A stretch of DNA of 64,000 bases from an uncultured Gammaproteobacteria bacterium. Its GTDB lineage: Bacteria > Patescibacteriota > Microgenomatia > Levybacterales > UBA12049. Below the pieces are notes generated by a model. The model had not been told where the DNA came from. It saw only the letters and a list, made by a program, of their open reading frames with translations, and did no database searches. This document shows, one piece after another, positions 18,644 through 29,475 of this stretch. Position 1 is the stretch's first letter. Each line of letters begins with the position of its first letter. Location of the stretch: the NCBI GenBank assembly GCA_964490105.1, contig CAZAZU010000001.1, positions 498,361 to 562,360 of the forward strand, given 5' to 3'. The position numbers and the translations under genes are program-made.

Positions 18644-18787
18644 ATGGCAGAAATGTATTGTGTAAAATGTAGAGCTAAGAGAGATGATCCTAGTGCTACA
18701 CCAGTTACCATGAAAAATGGAAAACCTGCAATGAAAGGAAAGTGTCCAGTCTGTGGTACAGGAATGTACAAGATCGGAAAAGCTTAA
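18644..18787 (+). CDS. small zinc-ribbon protein (CxxC...CxxC, DUF5679-like)
   Basis: 47 aa 'MAEMYCVKCRAKRDDPSATPVTMKNGKPAMKGKCPVCGTGMYKIGKA'. Strong SD 'gagagggggtga' lies 6 nt upstream. It is below the 60-aa ORF-track cutoff. Confidence 0.55.
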   Translation: MAEMYCVKCRAKRDDPSATPVTMKNGKPAMKGKCPVCGTGMYKIGKA

Positions 18788-18842
18788 CTAGCAGATTTCT
18801 TTCTTGGACATCCTTTATTTGGAATCCAAGAAACACGATTGA

Positions 18843-18870
18843 AAAATCCCCGAAAGGGGATTTTTCTTTT
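18843..18870. terminator. bidirectional intrinsic terminator between convergent genes
   Basis: Hairpin 'aaaaatcccc-gaaa-ggggattttt' is flanked by an A-run and 'tttttctttt'. It can serve the plus-strand small ORF and minus-strand argG. Confidence 0.6.
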
Positions 18871-20134
18871 ATTTAGAAACTGAATTATTTTTTCTATTTA
18901 CTTCGTTTGCTACTTTCATTTGGAACGAATATATTTCAATAAAACCAGCACTCGCATTAATATTAAAATTATACCCTCCATTCTTGTTAAACGATGCATG
19001 CATAAGCCCGTTTGGAGAATCCAATGCAACTACAGAAACGCTTCCTCTATAAAGCTTAACCGTAACTTCTCCGCTTACCTTTTCATTAATTAAATCATTA
19101 AACGCATTAATTGCATCCATGACAGGGTCAAACCAAAGAGCTCCATAGCAGAAATATCCCCATTTTATATCCATCTCTGCCTTAACAGCGTTTAAATTTC
19201 TCGTTGAAACGTATTTCTCTAAAGCCTTATGCGCTTCAATTATTACATGTGCACCGGGCTGCTCATATACGCCGCCATTCTTAATACCTACCAACCTATC
19301 CTCTACCAAGTGTGCAACTCCCACCCCATGCTGTCCAGCTGTTTTATTAAGAGCTACAATAATCTTTGCTAGGGTGAGTTTTTTTCCATTAAGTAGAACT
19401 GGTATTCCTTTTTTAAAAGTAATCTTAATTAATTCCTCATCTTTTATAGAATTTTTGGCAAGAGTATAAGTAGTAAGAAATTTTTCAAGAGGAGCAATAA
19501 GATTTGGCTCTTCTATTTCTCCGCCTTCCCATGTCATTCCCCACATATTGTCATCATCGCTATATGGTGAATCGATAGTGGCTGGAACCGGAATTTTATT
19601 TTTTTTAGCATATAAAATTTCTTCATTTCGATCCATATCCCACTCCCTAACAGGAGCGATTATTTTAATGTCTGGATCATGTGCCAAAATATAAGATTCA
19701 AAACGCACTTGATCATTTCCTTTTCCCGTACATCCATGAGCAATAACTCTTATCCCAAGCTTTTTAGCGACTTCAACTGCTTTTTTTGCACAAATTGCCC
19801 TGCCCATTGGAGTTGATAAGTGATAATCCCCTTGATAACTTGCGTTCGCTTTTATACCTTTTGCAAGATATTCATTTGCAAACTCTTCTTTAATATCCAA
19901 AGTTATTGCCTCTTTAGCTCCTAGACTAATTGCTTTCTTTTTTATTGATTCCAAGTCATCTTTCTGCTGACCTAAATCCAAGGTAAGCGCGACGATCTCT
20001 GCTTTATATTTATCTTTAATCCATTTAAGAATTACTGAAGTATCAAGTCCGCCAGAATATAAAAGTAGGACTTTTTTTGCTTTATCAGTTGCCTCATATG
20101 ATGCGACTTTTATATATTTCGTTTTTGATTTCAT
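18869..20134 (-). CDS. argG: argininosuccinate synthase
   Basis: PP-loop 'LLLYSGGLDTSVIL'. 421 aa with full-length ArgG architecture. Confidence 0.9.
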   Translation of the reverse strand: MKSKTKYIKVASYEATDKAKKVLLLYSGGLDTSVILKWIKDKYKAEIVALTLDLGQQKDDLESIKKKAISLGAKEAITLDIKEEFANEYLAKGIKANASYQGDYHLSTPMGRAICAKKAVEVAKKLGIRVIAHGCTGKGNDQVRFESYILAHDPDIKIIAPVREWDMDRNEEILYAKKNKIPVPATIDSPYSDDDNMWGMTWEGGEIEEPNLIAPLEKFLTTYTLAKNSIKDEELIKITFKKGIPVLLNGKKLTLAKIIVALNKTAGQHGVGVAHLVEDRLVGIKNGGVYEQPGAHVIIEAHKALEKYVSTRNLNAVKAEMDIKWGYFCYGALWFDPVMDAINAFNDLINEKVSGEVTVKLYRGSVSVVALDSPNGLMHASFNKNGGYNFNINASAGFIEIYSFQMKVANEVNRKNNSVSK

Positions 20135-21339
20135 TTTTTAACACCTCCTCTCTCGTACTCTTTTCCAATTTTTTTGTACGCTTCCCTAAAGCTCTCACCT
20201 TTAATCACCAAGTTCAAAGCTTTTTCAGTTGCGTATAATTCCTGTGTCATGGAATTTTTCAAAACATTTTCATTTGGAACTATATTTTGTAGTAAGATTT
20301 GACTAATGACAATTGATTCCAGTGTTAGCTCCAAACTTTCCATTAATGGTTTTTTTGTGTCCTGAAAATCCCTGTTGTAACCTGTTACCAAGTTTGAAGA
20401 TATGCTTATAATCTGAGTATAATTTCCTAAAACCACATTAACCTTGCTTCGCAATAACTCTGCGATATCTAAATTTACTTTCTGAGGCATAATACTGCTT
20501 CCCGTAGTTATTTTTTTGTTTATCTGAAAATAATTAAATTCAGATGTAGTGAAAAGCATTAAGTCTGATGCAAATTTATTAATAGTTTGTAAAACAGAAA
20601 TTAAAAAAGCTAATGTTAACGCATCAATTTTAGTCCTTGAGCTTTGTGCATAAATCGGATTATTTAAAACTTTACCAAAACCTAAAATCTTAGAGCTATA
20701 TATTTTATCAACCTTAATTGGAAGTCCGTAACCTGCACCAGAACCTAAAGGAGACTGATCGTTTAAATCGTAAATTACTTTTAAAACCTTAATGTCATCA
20801 TTTAGTGCGTCTTTAAAACCGCCTGCCCAAAGACCAATGCTTGAGGGCATCGCTTTTTGCATATGTGTATAACCAGGCATTGGAACATCTCCATAAAGAG
20901 ATTCAAACTTTTCAAACAAATTACTTAATGAAATAATCTCTTTTTCAATTTTCTCTAAGTAATCTTTTGTAAAAAGTCTTAATGCTGTTAAAACCTGGTC
21001 ATTCCTACTTCGAGCTGTATGAATTTTTTTACCCACACTCCCATACCTCTGGGTCAAATATTTTTCGATTTTTGTATGACAATCCTCATCTCCAAATTTT
21101 AGGATAAACCCACCATTTTCATAAAGTTTTTTTATTTCTTCCAAGCCTTTTTCAATAAATAACAGCTCCTGTTTAGTTAAAATGTTTATTTTGTGAAGCA
21201 TTTTTGCGTGGGCAATCGAGCCGTTCAAATCATAAGGAATTAGTTTTTGATCCAAAAGAAGATCTCCCTTTGTTTCAAAGGCCTCTACCAGAGAATTCAG
21301 CTCCCAATTTTTCTGCCAAAGTTTATTATTTTTTTTCAT
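20131..21339 (-). CDS. argH: argininosuccinate lyase
   Basis: 'HTARSRNDQVLTALRLF' and fumarate-lyase signature 'GSSIMPQKVNLDIAE'. 4-bp overlap with argG. Confidence 0.85.
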   Translation of the reverse strand: MKKNNKLWQKNWELNSLVEAFETKGDLLLDQKLIPYDLNGSIAHAKMLHKINILTKQELLFIEKGLEEIKKLYENGGFILKFGDEDCHTKIEKYLTQRYGSVGKKIHTARSRNDQVLTALRLFTKDYLEKIEKEIISLSNLFEKFESLYGDVPMPGYTHMQKAMPSSIGLWAGGFKDALNDDIKVLKVIYDLNDQSPLGSGAGYGLPIKVDKIYSSKILGFGKVLNNPIYAQSSRTKIDALTLAFLISVLQTINKFASDLMLFTTSEFNYFQINKKITTGSSIMPQKVNLDIAELLRSKVNVVLGNYTQIISISSNLVTGYNRDFQDTKKPLMESLELTLESIVISQILLQNIVPNENVLKNSMTQELYATEKALNLVIKGESFREAYKKIGKEYERGGVKK

Positions 21340-21576
21340 AAAAAAATCCCGTCTTCATTCACAATTTAATTTGTGAACAAGGACGGGAATTCCCGTGGTG
21401 CCACCTTCATTCGTTATCTAAAAGATAACCTTATTTCAGCGCTCCGTTACCGACACGCTTTGCTAATTTTACGGTTTGCTTCCGTCGCGGTAAAGCATTT
21501 TTTGCCTTCACATCCACGCAGCTCGTTTATTGCTATAAACTCAAACGCTATTTATTTAACTTAATATATTATATCA
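21340..21576 (-). promoter_or_regulatory. T-box-like riboswitch leader (extended -10 promoter, Stem III-like hairpin, antiterminator, terminator) upstream of argH-argG
   Basis: On the minus strand:
- Extended -10 TGATATAAT (rc of 21568-21576).
- About 220-nt leader.
- Stem III-like hairpin GUUAUCU-UUU-AGAUAAC.
- Antiterminator AAGG-UGGCACC-ACGGGAAUUCCCGU-CCUU (rc of 21378-21407), a 14/16 match to AGGGUGGNACCGCGGG.
- Overlapping terminator CCCGUC..GACGGG + U7 (21340-21387) abutting the argH ATG. Confidence 0.5.
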
Positions 21577-21709
21577 CCTTGAGTCAAATTATTCACAACA
21601 GGGGTCTTTATAACCGCAGTTGGGACAATAAGCGTCGCGTGAGCCCGGCATATCTCCCATCTCTTCTTTACAAACTGGGCAATCTTGAGTTCTTAAATCT
21701 GGTCTTGGT

Positions 21710-23302
21710 CTATTCTTCACCTTGGTAGTGGATTAATTTATATACTTTTAATACTGACACGTCCCACTGACCTGCGATTTCTGCTCTTCCAAATCCTGCT
21801 ATTTCCTGACGGGATTCTCCGAGAGGATAACATGGATTAGTTTCGCAGACGACAAATAATTGATCAGTGACACTTTTTCTTTCCGGGTCCTGATCGATCC
21901 CTAAAATCGTCACAGGCTCTCTGCCATCAAGCTTAAAGAAATATCTATATGCATGATCTGAATTTCCAATTCCGCTTATTGAAAAATTATATGGCCTTCC
22001 TTCTGATTTAGAAATTACAAAATCTGAAATTCCTTTTACTTGATTTACTTGATTATTTCCGGGAACAGCGATTGGATTAAACTTAAGATTTACTAGAAAC
22101 AAACATATTAGAATTGCAGCAACAATTACTTTCCCTGGTTTTTTAAGAATAATAATTATTTCTGATAATAAAAGCCCTACTAATAAAAATGGCACCGGGA
22201 AAATAAAACCTAAATAGTAGTCATAGATGGATTTTTTATATAATCCGAAAAGTCCAATTCCCAGTAACGCCCAGATAAAAATTAATAAGAATTTTTTAAG
22301 TTCTATACTTTCAGTTCTGGATTTAATTAATAAAATCAAAAAGAAAATAATCGAAACTAATCCTAAGAACGCTGATACGACTAACCAAATTTGCAAAATG
22401 TTTGGATCAAATTTGTGGAACTTAGAAAAGTCAGGATAAGATAAAACTAATCCCCCAAAAAGCCTAATGAAAACATGCTGAACATTAACTAAAAACTGTC
22501 CTGATGCGCCAGTTTCAGGTGAGTTAAAAATAAACTCCAAGATGTTTTTTGAGTTTGTAAATTGATGTCTTATTTCAAACAATAAAAATGGAGAAAATCC
22601 AATTAAAAATCCTGCTAATAAACTTAGATATCTTTTAGCTAATGTTTTAAGATATGAAATCTTTAACTCAAATCCTGCGACCAATGTATAGAAAAATACG
22701 ATAGCTCCAACAAATGTTGCAAGATAATGAATTTGAAGATTTAGTCCCATTAGAAAACCAGCGAGAATAAAAAGAGAAATTTTATTTTTTACAACAGCTT
22801 TATATAAAACGTAAAGAGTAGAAATTGTAAAAAATGGAAATACATTAGGATTCCAGGAAGAACGTGAATAGGTAACTACAATCGGGGAAATCGCATATAA
22901 AAATGCAGCAATCACTCCGGCGAGCGGATTAAAAAATTCTCGGCCAATTTTATAAACTAAGAAAATTGTGGCAACTCCAAAAAGAATTACCATTATTGCG
23001 GGGCCTATCGGATCATAGCGCGAAAGGAACATAAAAGGAGTCATAAGATAGTAATAAATGGGACCCAAGAAAAATCCGCCCACTGAAGAAGTTGGACCCA
23101 GAAGAGTAAGATCCCCATGCAGAATATTATAAACAACTAATGCGTCTCTGCCTTCATCTCCCAGAAAAACTATATAGTCTCTGACTCGATAAAATCGCAG
23201 GAAAAATCCTAAAAGTAAAATAATAAAAATTGGGAACCACTCTGGTTTTAACCCAACTTTTTTTGGAGTTTTGAAAGAGAAGCGATGTGCCATCTTTTCC
23301 AT
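21710..23302 (-). CDS. GT-C fold membrane glycosyltransferase, ArnT/PMT (GT39/GT83)-like
   Basis: About 12 TM segments. N-terminal 'FLRFYRVRDYIVFLGDEGRDALVVYNI' has a DE-type motif in the first periplasmic loop, as in ArnT/PMT_2. The called start overlaps the upstream GT2 gene by 55 nt, so the real start may be internal. Confidence 0.65.
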   Translation of the reverse strand: MEKMAHRFSFKTPKKVGLKPEWFPIFIILLLGFFLRFYRVRDYIVFLGDEGRDALVVYNILHGDLTLLGPTSSVGGFFLGPIYYYLMTPFMFLSRYDPIGPAIMVILFGVATIFLVYKIGREFFNPLAGVIAAFLYAISPIVVTYSRSSWNPNVFPFFTISTLYVLYKAVVKNKISLFILAGFLMGLNLQIHYLATFVGAIVFFYTLVAGFELKISYLKTLAKRYLSLLAGFLIGFSPFLLFEIRHQFTNSKNILEFIFNSPETGASGQFLVNVQHVFIRLFGGLVLSYPDFSKFHKFDPNILQIWLVVSAFLGLVSIIFFLILLIKSRTESIELKKFLLIFIWALLGIGLFGLYKKSIYDYYLGFIFPVPFLLVGLLLSEIIIILKKPGKVIVAAILICLFLVNLKFNPIAVPGNNQVNQVKGISDFVISKSEGRPYNFSISGIGNSDHAYRYFFKLDGREPVTILGIDQDPERKSVTDQLFVVCETNPCYPLGESRQEIAGFGRAEIAGQWDVSVLKVYKLIHYQGEE

Positions 23303-24417
23303 ATAAAAATATTATACATTGAATAACTATAAGGAATAACAAATAAACCAATTGCGATTATAAGAGCAACCTGACGAACCAAAGTTGTGTTACCAAATAA
23401 GTGCGTCCCGACAAAAACAGTTGAAGAAATCAGAACAAGAGAACCAATTGAAACTAAATTAAATTGCGGGAATTTAATTAGAACTTTCCATGGACTAGTA
23501 ATTCTTTGACTGCTAAATGCCCAGAAATTATTTACAAAGAAATTAAAAATAATTGAAAGCTCAGCGGACAATGACGCAGCTGGAATCGGATGCAACTTAA
23601 AATATTGAGAAAAAATTTCAAGCGAAATTGCGTTTATTAAATATCCGATAAAACCGGTTATTGCATATTTCAAAAAGGGTGAATGTACTAGTTCTTTTAT
23701 TCTTGCGACAATCACAAATGAAAGTGTTTGAAATATTGTTTGGCCTGCTGGTATCTTAGATCTTCCGGCTACTCTGTCCGTTGCGGAAAAAGGAATTTCA
23801 GCTACTTTATAACCATCCTCAACCGCTGACAAAAGAAATCCCACCTGAAAAGTATAGCCCTTAAATTTCTTAATTTTTTCTCTTTCTTTAAGAAAAACCT
23901 CTTTTTTAATTGCTCTATATCCGCCTGTCCAATCATGAATATAAAAGCGCATTAAAATACTTCTTATTATGAAATTCCCGACTACTGATAGAAATTTTCT
24001 GTGAAGTCCCCAGTTCTTTGGAATTGATCCACCATTACTGTATCTGGTACCAATCACGAAATCATGTCCTTCATCTATTTTTTTCAAAAACTCCGGAATT
24101 TTCTTTGGATCATGAAAAAAATCTGCATCCATTTCAAAAACAACATCAGCTTTCATATTGGAAATTGCATGATCCATTCCTCTAACATAAGCCGCTCCCA
24201 ATCCTTCTTTTTTACCAGTAATCATCTCTAAATTTTTCCATTTTTTCATCAGCTCTTTAACAATGCCACCGGTCCCATCAGGAGAATTATCATCCGCGAC
24301 AAGAATCCCCATTTGATAATTTTTTATGTCAGGAAAAATTTCTTTCTCAAGAATTTCAATTAATTTTTCTATATTTCCCTTTTCGTTATATGTTGGAATG
24401 ATTACAACTGCTTTCAT
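23248..24417 (-). CDS. GT2 polyprenol-phosphate sugar synthase (DPM1/ArnC-like) fused to C-terminal GtrA-like TM domain
   Basis: 'IIPTYNEKGNI', 'VADDNSPDGT' and 'EMDADFFHD' (DxD). The C-terminal approx. 130 aa has 4 TM helices in a GtrA-like arrangement. Confidence 0.8.
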   Translation of the reverse strand: MKAVVIIPTYNEKGNIEKLIEILEKEIFPDIKNYQMGILVADDNSPDGTGGIVKELMKKWKNLEMITGKKEGLGAAYVRGMDHAISNMKADVVFEMDADFFHDPKKIPEFLKKIDEGHDFVIGTRYSNGGSIPKNWGLHRKFLSVVGNFIIRSILMRFYIHDWTGGYRAIKKEVFLKEREKIKKFKGYTFQVGFLLSAVEDGYKVAEIPFSATDRVAGRSKIPAGQTIFQTLSFVIVARIKELVHSPFLKYAITGFIGYLINAISLEIFSQYFKLHPIPAASLSAELSIIFNFFVNNFWAFSSQRITSPWKVLIKFPQFNLVSIGSLVLISSTVFVGTHLFGNTTLVRQVALIIAIGLFVIPYSYSMYNIFIWKRWHIASLSKLQKKLG

Positions 24418-25366
24418 AGGCTCTTAAAATATTGTATAGTTTTAGCTAGTCCCTCTTCAAGCGGAACTTTTGGAGACCAGTCTAATAGTCTTTTTGCTTT
24501 TTCAATATCTGGTTTTCGCGCTAGCGGATCATCCTTAGGCAATTCTTCACTCATTTTTATTTCACTAAATGATCCTGTGTGCTTCTTAATAAGATTTGCA
24601 AATTCCATAACAGAATGTTCTTCGTTTGACCCGACGTTGATTATTTCTCCATTTAAATCCGAGGTAAACATAAAACGCTTTAATCCGTCAACTGTGTCTG
24701 ATATATAACAAAGAGATCTTGTCTGAGATCCATCGCCGAAGATTGATATTGGCTCTCCATTTAGGGCTTCCAAAATAAAAACAATAACCATTCGCATGTC
24801 TTCTTTTAACATCCCTGGTCCAAATGTATTAAAGATCCTTGCAATTCGGACGTCTACACCCCTATCTCTTCCAAAATATGCTGTTATCGTCTCTCCAAAT
24901 CTTTTTGCTTCATCGTATACTGATCTAGGACCCGTGGTGGATACATTTCCCCTGTATTCTTCGTTCTGCGGATTTTCTTTTGGATCACCATAAACTTCAG
25001 AGGTGGAAGCAAATAAAAATCTAGCGTTATTTTTTTCAGCAAGTCTTAATAGATTAAAAGTACCAGTCGTATTCGCATGCATTGTCTCTTCGGGAAGCGC
25101 ATGGTAGCTGATTTTACTATGATGATTTGGGCTGGCTGGAGAAGCTAAATGAAAAATATAGTCGATTTTTTCACTAATTTCCAGAGGATTTGTAACATCG
25201 TGTTTTATAAAAGAAAAATTGGGGTTATTTTTTAAATCTTTAATTTTCTCTTCAGAGCTTGTTAGGAAATTATCTACACAGACTACCCTATATCCATCAC
25301 TAAGAAGTGATTCACAAAGATGAACTCCTATAAAACCTGCCCCGCCAGCTACGATAACCGTTTGCA

Positions 25367-25367
<1 letters not shown>
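24414..25367 (-). CDS. UDP-glucuronate decarboxylase (UDP-xylose synthase, UXS-type SDR)
   Basis: 'VAGGAGFIGVHLCESL', 'FASTSEVYGDP' and 'YDEAKRFGE' (YxxxK) follow the UXS/ArnA-decarboxylase pattern. Confidence 0.75.
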
Positions 25368-26350
<983 letters not shown>

Positions 26351-27304
26351 TTAGACTATTCCTCTAAAGTATTCTAGGGTATCTTCAAGTGTTTTTTCAA
26401 TCGGTATTTCAGGTTTCCAGCCGGTAAGATTTTCGAATCTAGAAGGATCACATAAAAGCTCCGGATCATCAGACGGTCGAATTAAGCTAGGATCTTTCTC
26501 AACTCTAATTTCTGTTTTACTCATTCCACGCATAATATCTAGAATTTCGGAAATCTTATGAGATTTTCCGCTACCCAGATTATAAACATCGCCACTTTTT
26601 CCTTTCTCAATCGCTAATAGATATGCCCTAACCATGTCTCTCACATCAGTAAAATCTCTTTTTGCTTCCAGATTCCCCACAGTCATCACGGACGCTTTTC
26701 CTTTTTCAATAAGGGCAATTTTATTTGCAAAAGAGGATACCACGAAATGCGGAGCTTGTCTTGGACCTACATGATTAAATGGTCTAACTCTAACGATATT
26801 TAAATTGTTTGAGTTAAAATATTGAAGCCCCAAAAAATCTTGAGCAAGCTTTGAGACAGAATATGGATTTGTAGGATTAAATGGAGTCTGCTCATCAATC
26901 GGTAAATCTTCAGGCTTTACGAGTCCGTATACTTCAGCCGAGGATACAATCAATATTTTCGTATCAGTATGTCCACTTTTAACGATTGATTCAAGTAAAT
27001 TAATTTGTCCCGAAACATTATTAACAAAAGTCTCTTTAGGATCTGAAAAACTTCTCTTAGCTGAAGTTAATGCTGCCAGATGAAATAAATATTCAGGTTT
27101 TTCGTATTGAATTAATTTATCTGTTGCATCCGGATCAAGAAGATCTACTTTATATAATTTTAAAGAGTCTTTGTTATCTAAATTAGCAAGGCTTTTATCG
27201 TTAAGATACGTGCCGCTTACTTCAAATTTGTTTTGCTTAAGAAGAAAATCTGATAGATAATTTCCCGCAAATCCAGTAATTCCCGTTATTAAAACTTTCG
27301 TCAT
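26351..27304 (-). CDS. GDP-4-keto-6-deoxy-D-mannose reductase-like SDR (Rmd/GDP-6-deoxyhexose branch)
   Basis: 'VLITGITGFAGNYLSDFLL' is the Rmd-type N-terminus, not the Fcl type. It is adjacent to gmd. Confidence 0.6.
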   Translation of the reverse strand: MTKVLITGITGFAGNYLSDFLLKQNKFEVSGTYLNDKSLANLDNKDSLKLYKVDLLDPDATDKLIQYEKPEYLFHLAALTSAKRSFSDPKETFVNNVSGQINLLESIVKSGHTDTKILIVSSAEVYGLVKPEDLPIDEQTPFNPTNPYSVSKLAQDFLGLQYFNSNNLNIVRVRPFNHVGPRQAPHFVVSSFANKIALIEKGKASVMTVGNLEAKRDFTDVRDMVRAYLLAIEKGKSGDVYNLGSGKSHKISEILDIMRGMSKTEIRVEKDPSLIRPSDDPELLCDPSRFENLTGWKPEIPIEKTLEDTLEYFRGIV

Positions 27305-28590
27305 CGTCCTACTCCAATATAGGAGAATCCTAATTTTCTGGCTTCTGTCGGATCGTAAATATTTCTTCCGTCAATTAAATTCGGAGACTTCATAAGTTTT
27401 TTTATTTGCTCTAGATCTACTTCCTTAAATTCATTCCAATCAGTTAACACTATCAAAAGCTCTGCTCCTTCAACTGCCTTATAAATATCTTCACCGAATT
27501 CAATTCCTTCAAAGATCTTTCTTGAGTTATCAATGGCTTGTGGGTCGTACGCTGTTATCAGCGCTCTTTCTTGTTTTAAAAGTTCAATAATATCAATTGA
27601 TGGAGCATCTCTCATATCATCTGTATTTGGTTTAAATGCCAAACCTAAAACTGCTACTTTTTTTCCTGTCATATCGCCTAAAACTTTTCTAGCTTTTCTT
27701 ACAATATCTCTTTTAGCCTGTCTGTTAATCTCCTCAACCTGATCAAGTAATGAAAAGTCATAATCATGGTCTGAGGCAATTGAAATAAGAGCCTTTACGT
27801 CTTTAGGAAAACAGCTGCCTCCATATCCTGCGCCTGGATAGAGAAAATGTCTTCCGATTCTTTTATCCATCCCAATTCCATCAAGTACTCGAAGTCCATC
27901 AGCATTAACAGACTCTGCTAATTTTGCGATTGCGTTAGCAAAAGATATTTTAGTAGCAAGGAATGAATTCGCTGCATACTTTATGAGTTCAGCGGTCTCA
28001 AGATTTGTATGAATAAAAGGAGCATTAATCGGTTTATGTAAATTTACCAACACATCTCTGGCCTTCTCACTATCCGTACCAATCACGATTCTATCGGGAT
28101 GTAGCGTATCTTCAATAGCTGTTCCTTCTCTTAAAAATTCTGGGACTGATGCTATGTTAAAATCTACATCCTTAGGTTTAAATTCTGAGATAATTTTTTC
28201 AATTCTTTTATTGGTCCCTACTGGAACTGTACTTTTTGTTGCAACAACAGTGTAGTTTTTTAAGTTTTTCCCAATCTCTTTTGCTACTTCAAAAACCGTA
28301 GAAAGCTCTGCGTCTCCGGTTTTCTGGGGTGGTGTTCCAACTGCGATAAAAACTATTTCTGATTCTGAAATAGCTGGATCATAATCGAGAGTAAATAGCA
28401 AACGCCCTGCATCCACATTTTTCTTTACCATTTCTGAGAGACCAGGCTCATAAATAGGGATTATTCCTTTTTTAAGGTTTTCAATTTTCGAAGCTGTGTG
28501 CCCGATAACATAAACTGTGTTTCCAAAATCTGCGAAAACAGTTGCTGTAACAAGTCCTACATATCCGTGTCCTATAAAAGTAATCGTCAT
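27301..28590 (-). CDS. ugd: UDP-glucose 6-dehydrogenase
   Basis: 'ITFIGHGYVGLVTATVFADFG' Rossmann fold and catalytic Cys motif 'GGSCFPKDV'. 429 aa. Confidence 0.85.
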   Translation of the reverse strand: MTITFIGHGYVGLVTATVFADFGNTVYVIGHTASKIENLKKGIIPIYEPGLSEMVKKNVDAGRLLFTLDYDPAISESEIVFIAVGTPPQKTGDAELSTVFEVAKEIGKNLKNYTVVATKSTVPVGTNKRIEKIISEFKPKDVDFNIASVPEFLREGTAIEDTLHPDRIVIGTDSEKARDVLVNLHKPINAPFIHTNLETAELIKYAANSFLATKISFANAIAKLAESVNADGLRVLDGIGMDKRIGRHFLYPGAGYGGSCFPKDVKALISIASDHDYDFSLLDQVEEINRQAKRDIVRKARKVLGDMTGKKVAVLGLAFKPNTDDMRDAPSIDIIELLKQERALITAYDPQAIDNSRKIFEGIEFGEDIYKAVEGAELLIVLTDWNEFKEVDLEQIKKLMKSPNLIDGRNIYDPTEARKLGFSYIGVGR

Positions 28591-28596
28591 AGAGGG

Positions 28597-29475
28597 TTAA
28601 AGTTGGGATTTAATTTCAATTAGACCTTCAGAAAATCCCTTCATTTTTACTCCCAGTTGCTCTATTTTAGCATTTCTAAGTTGTAAATTAAATGGCCTCG
28701 GAGCTCTATCTTTAAAGAATTCATCTCTCGTTATTTGCGTAATCAAACCTTTATCGAATCCAAAGTTTTCAGCAATTTTCATGGATGCTTCATATGGAGT
28801 CAGGGATTCACTTCCGACTGCGTGATAAATTCCCGTAGCATCATTTTTTACTAATGAATCAAGAGCGTAAGCGATATCATCAATTAAAGTAGGGCAAAAT
28901 ATTTGGTCCGTTACTCCTTTTATTTGATTGCCATTTTTTAATGCGTCAATTATTGCACGGACGAAATCTTTTTTCGGTTCAAAACATGCCCTGTATGGAA
29001 AAGCTAGTCTTAAAACAATATATGGCGCTCCGCTCTCTTCAACTCTTTTTTCTCCTTCATATTTTGTTTTTGAGTACCAGTTTATGGGATTTGGGATATC
29101 CTCTTCGCTATATGAATCTCCCTTTTCTTTCTTACCATCAAACACAAAATCTGTAGAAATATAAATTATTTTCTTTCCTAATTCTCTGCAAATTACTGCT
29201 ACGTTCTTTGTCCCTTCTACGTTAATTTTCCATGCTTCGCCTTCTTCTCCTTGCTCTTTGTCTTTTTCGCAAGCATCAACATCCGCTTTTGCGGATAATT
29301 GAAGTACAAATTTAGCATCAGTGTAATTTTTTAAAATGGTTAAACTTTCCGGATTTGTAATATCAATTCCCGTTGAGCGGCTTAAGCTAATAAAATCGTA
29401 CTGATCGCCAAGAAGTTCAGTGATTCTACTACCAACTAGACCATTTAGTCCAAGTCCAATTATTTTTTGTTTCAT
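28597..29475 (-). CDS. rfbD: dTDP-4-dehydrorhamnose reductase (RmlD-type)
   Basis: 'IIGLGLNGLVGSRITELL'. RmlD-like length (292 aa) with 'YxxxK'. It clusters with rfbB and rfbA. Confidence 0.7.
   Translation of the reverse strand: MKQKIIGLGLNGLVGSRITELLGDQYDFISLSRSTGIDITNPESLTILKNYTDAKFVLQLSAKADVDACEKDKEQGEEGEAWKINVEGTKNVAVICRELGKKIIYISTDFVFDGKKEKGDSYSEEDIPNPINWYSKTKYEGEKRVEESGAPYIVLRLAFPYRACFEPKKDFVRAIIDALKNGNQIKGVTDQIFCPTLIDDIAYALDSLVKNDATGIYHAVGSESLTPYEASMKIAENFGFDKGLITQITRDEFFKDRAPRPFNLQLRNAKIEQLGVKMKGFSEGLIEIKSQL

Noticed and set aside
21340-21709. RNase P RNA, tmRNA, SRP RNA or 6S RNA in the 370-bp GC-richer gap upstream of argH; also the plus-strand ORF 21373..21564.
   Set aside because: I looked for the P4 'GAAAGUCCGGGCUCC', a tmRNA tRNA-like 3' end with an ANDENYALAA-type tag frame, and the SRP domain IV GNRA/AGCAG motifs, and found none. 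The region is better explained as a T-box leader on the minus strand. The plus-strand ORF lies antisense within it.
21710-23302. Whether the 55-nt overlap between the GT-C gene and the upstream GT2-GtrA gene indicates a frameshift or pseudogene.
   Set aside because: Both frames are long and intact. The overlap is most simply explained by the GT-C gene starting at a downstream Met or at a non-ATG start. There is no evidence of disruption.
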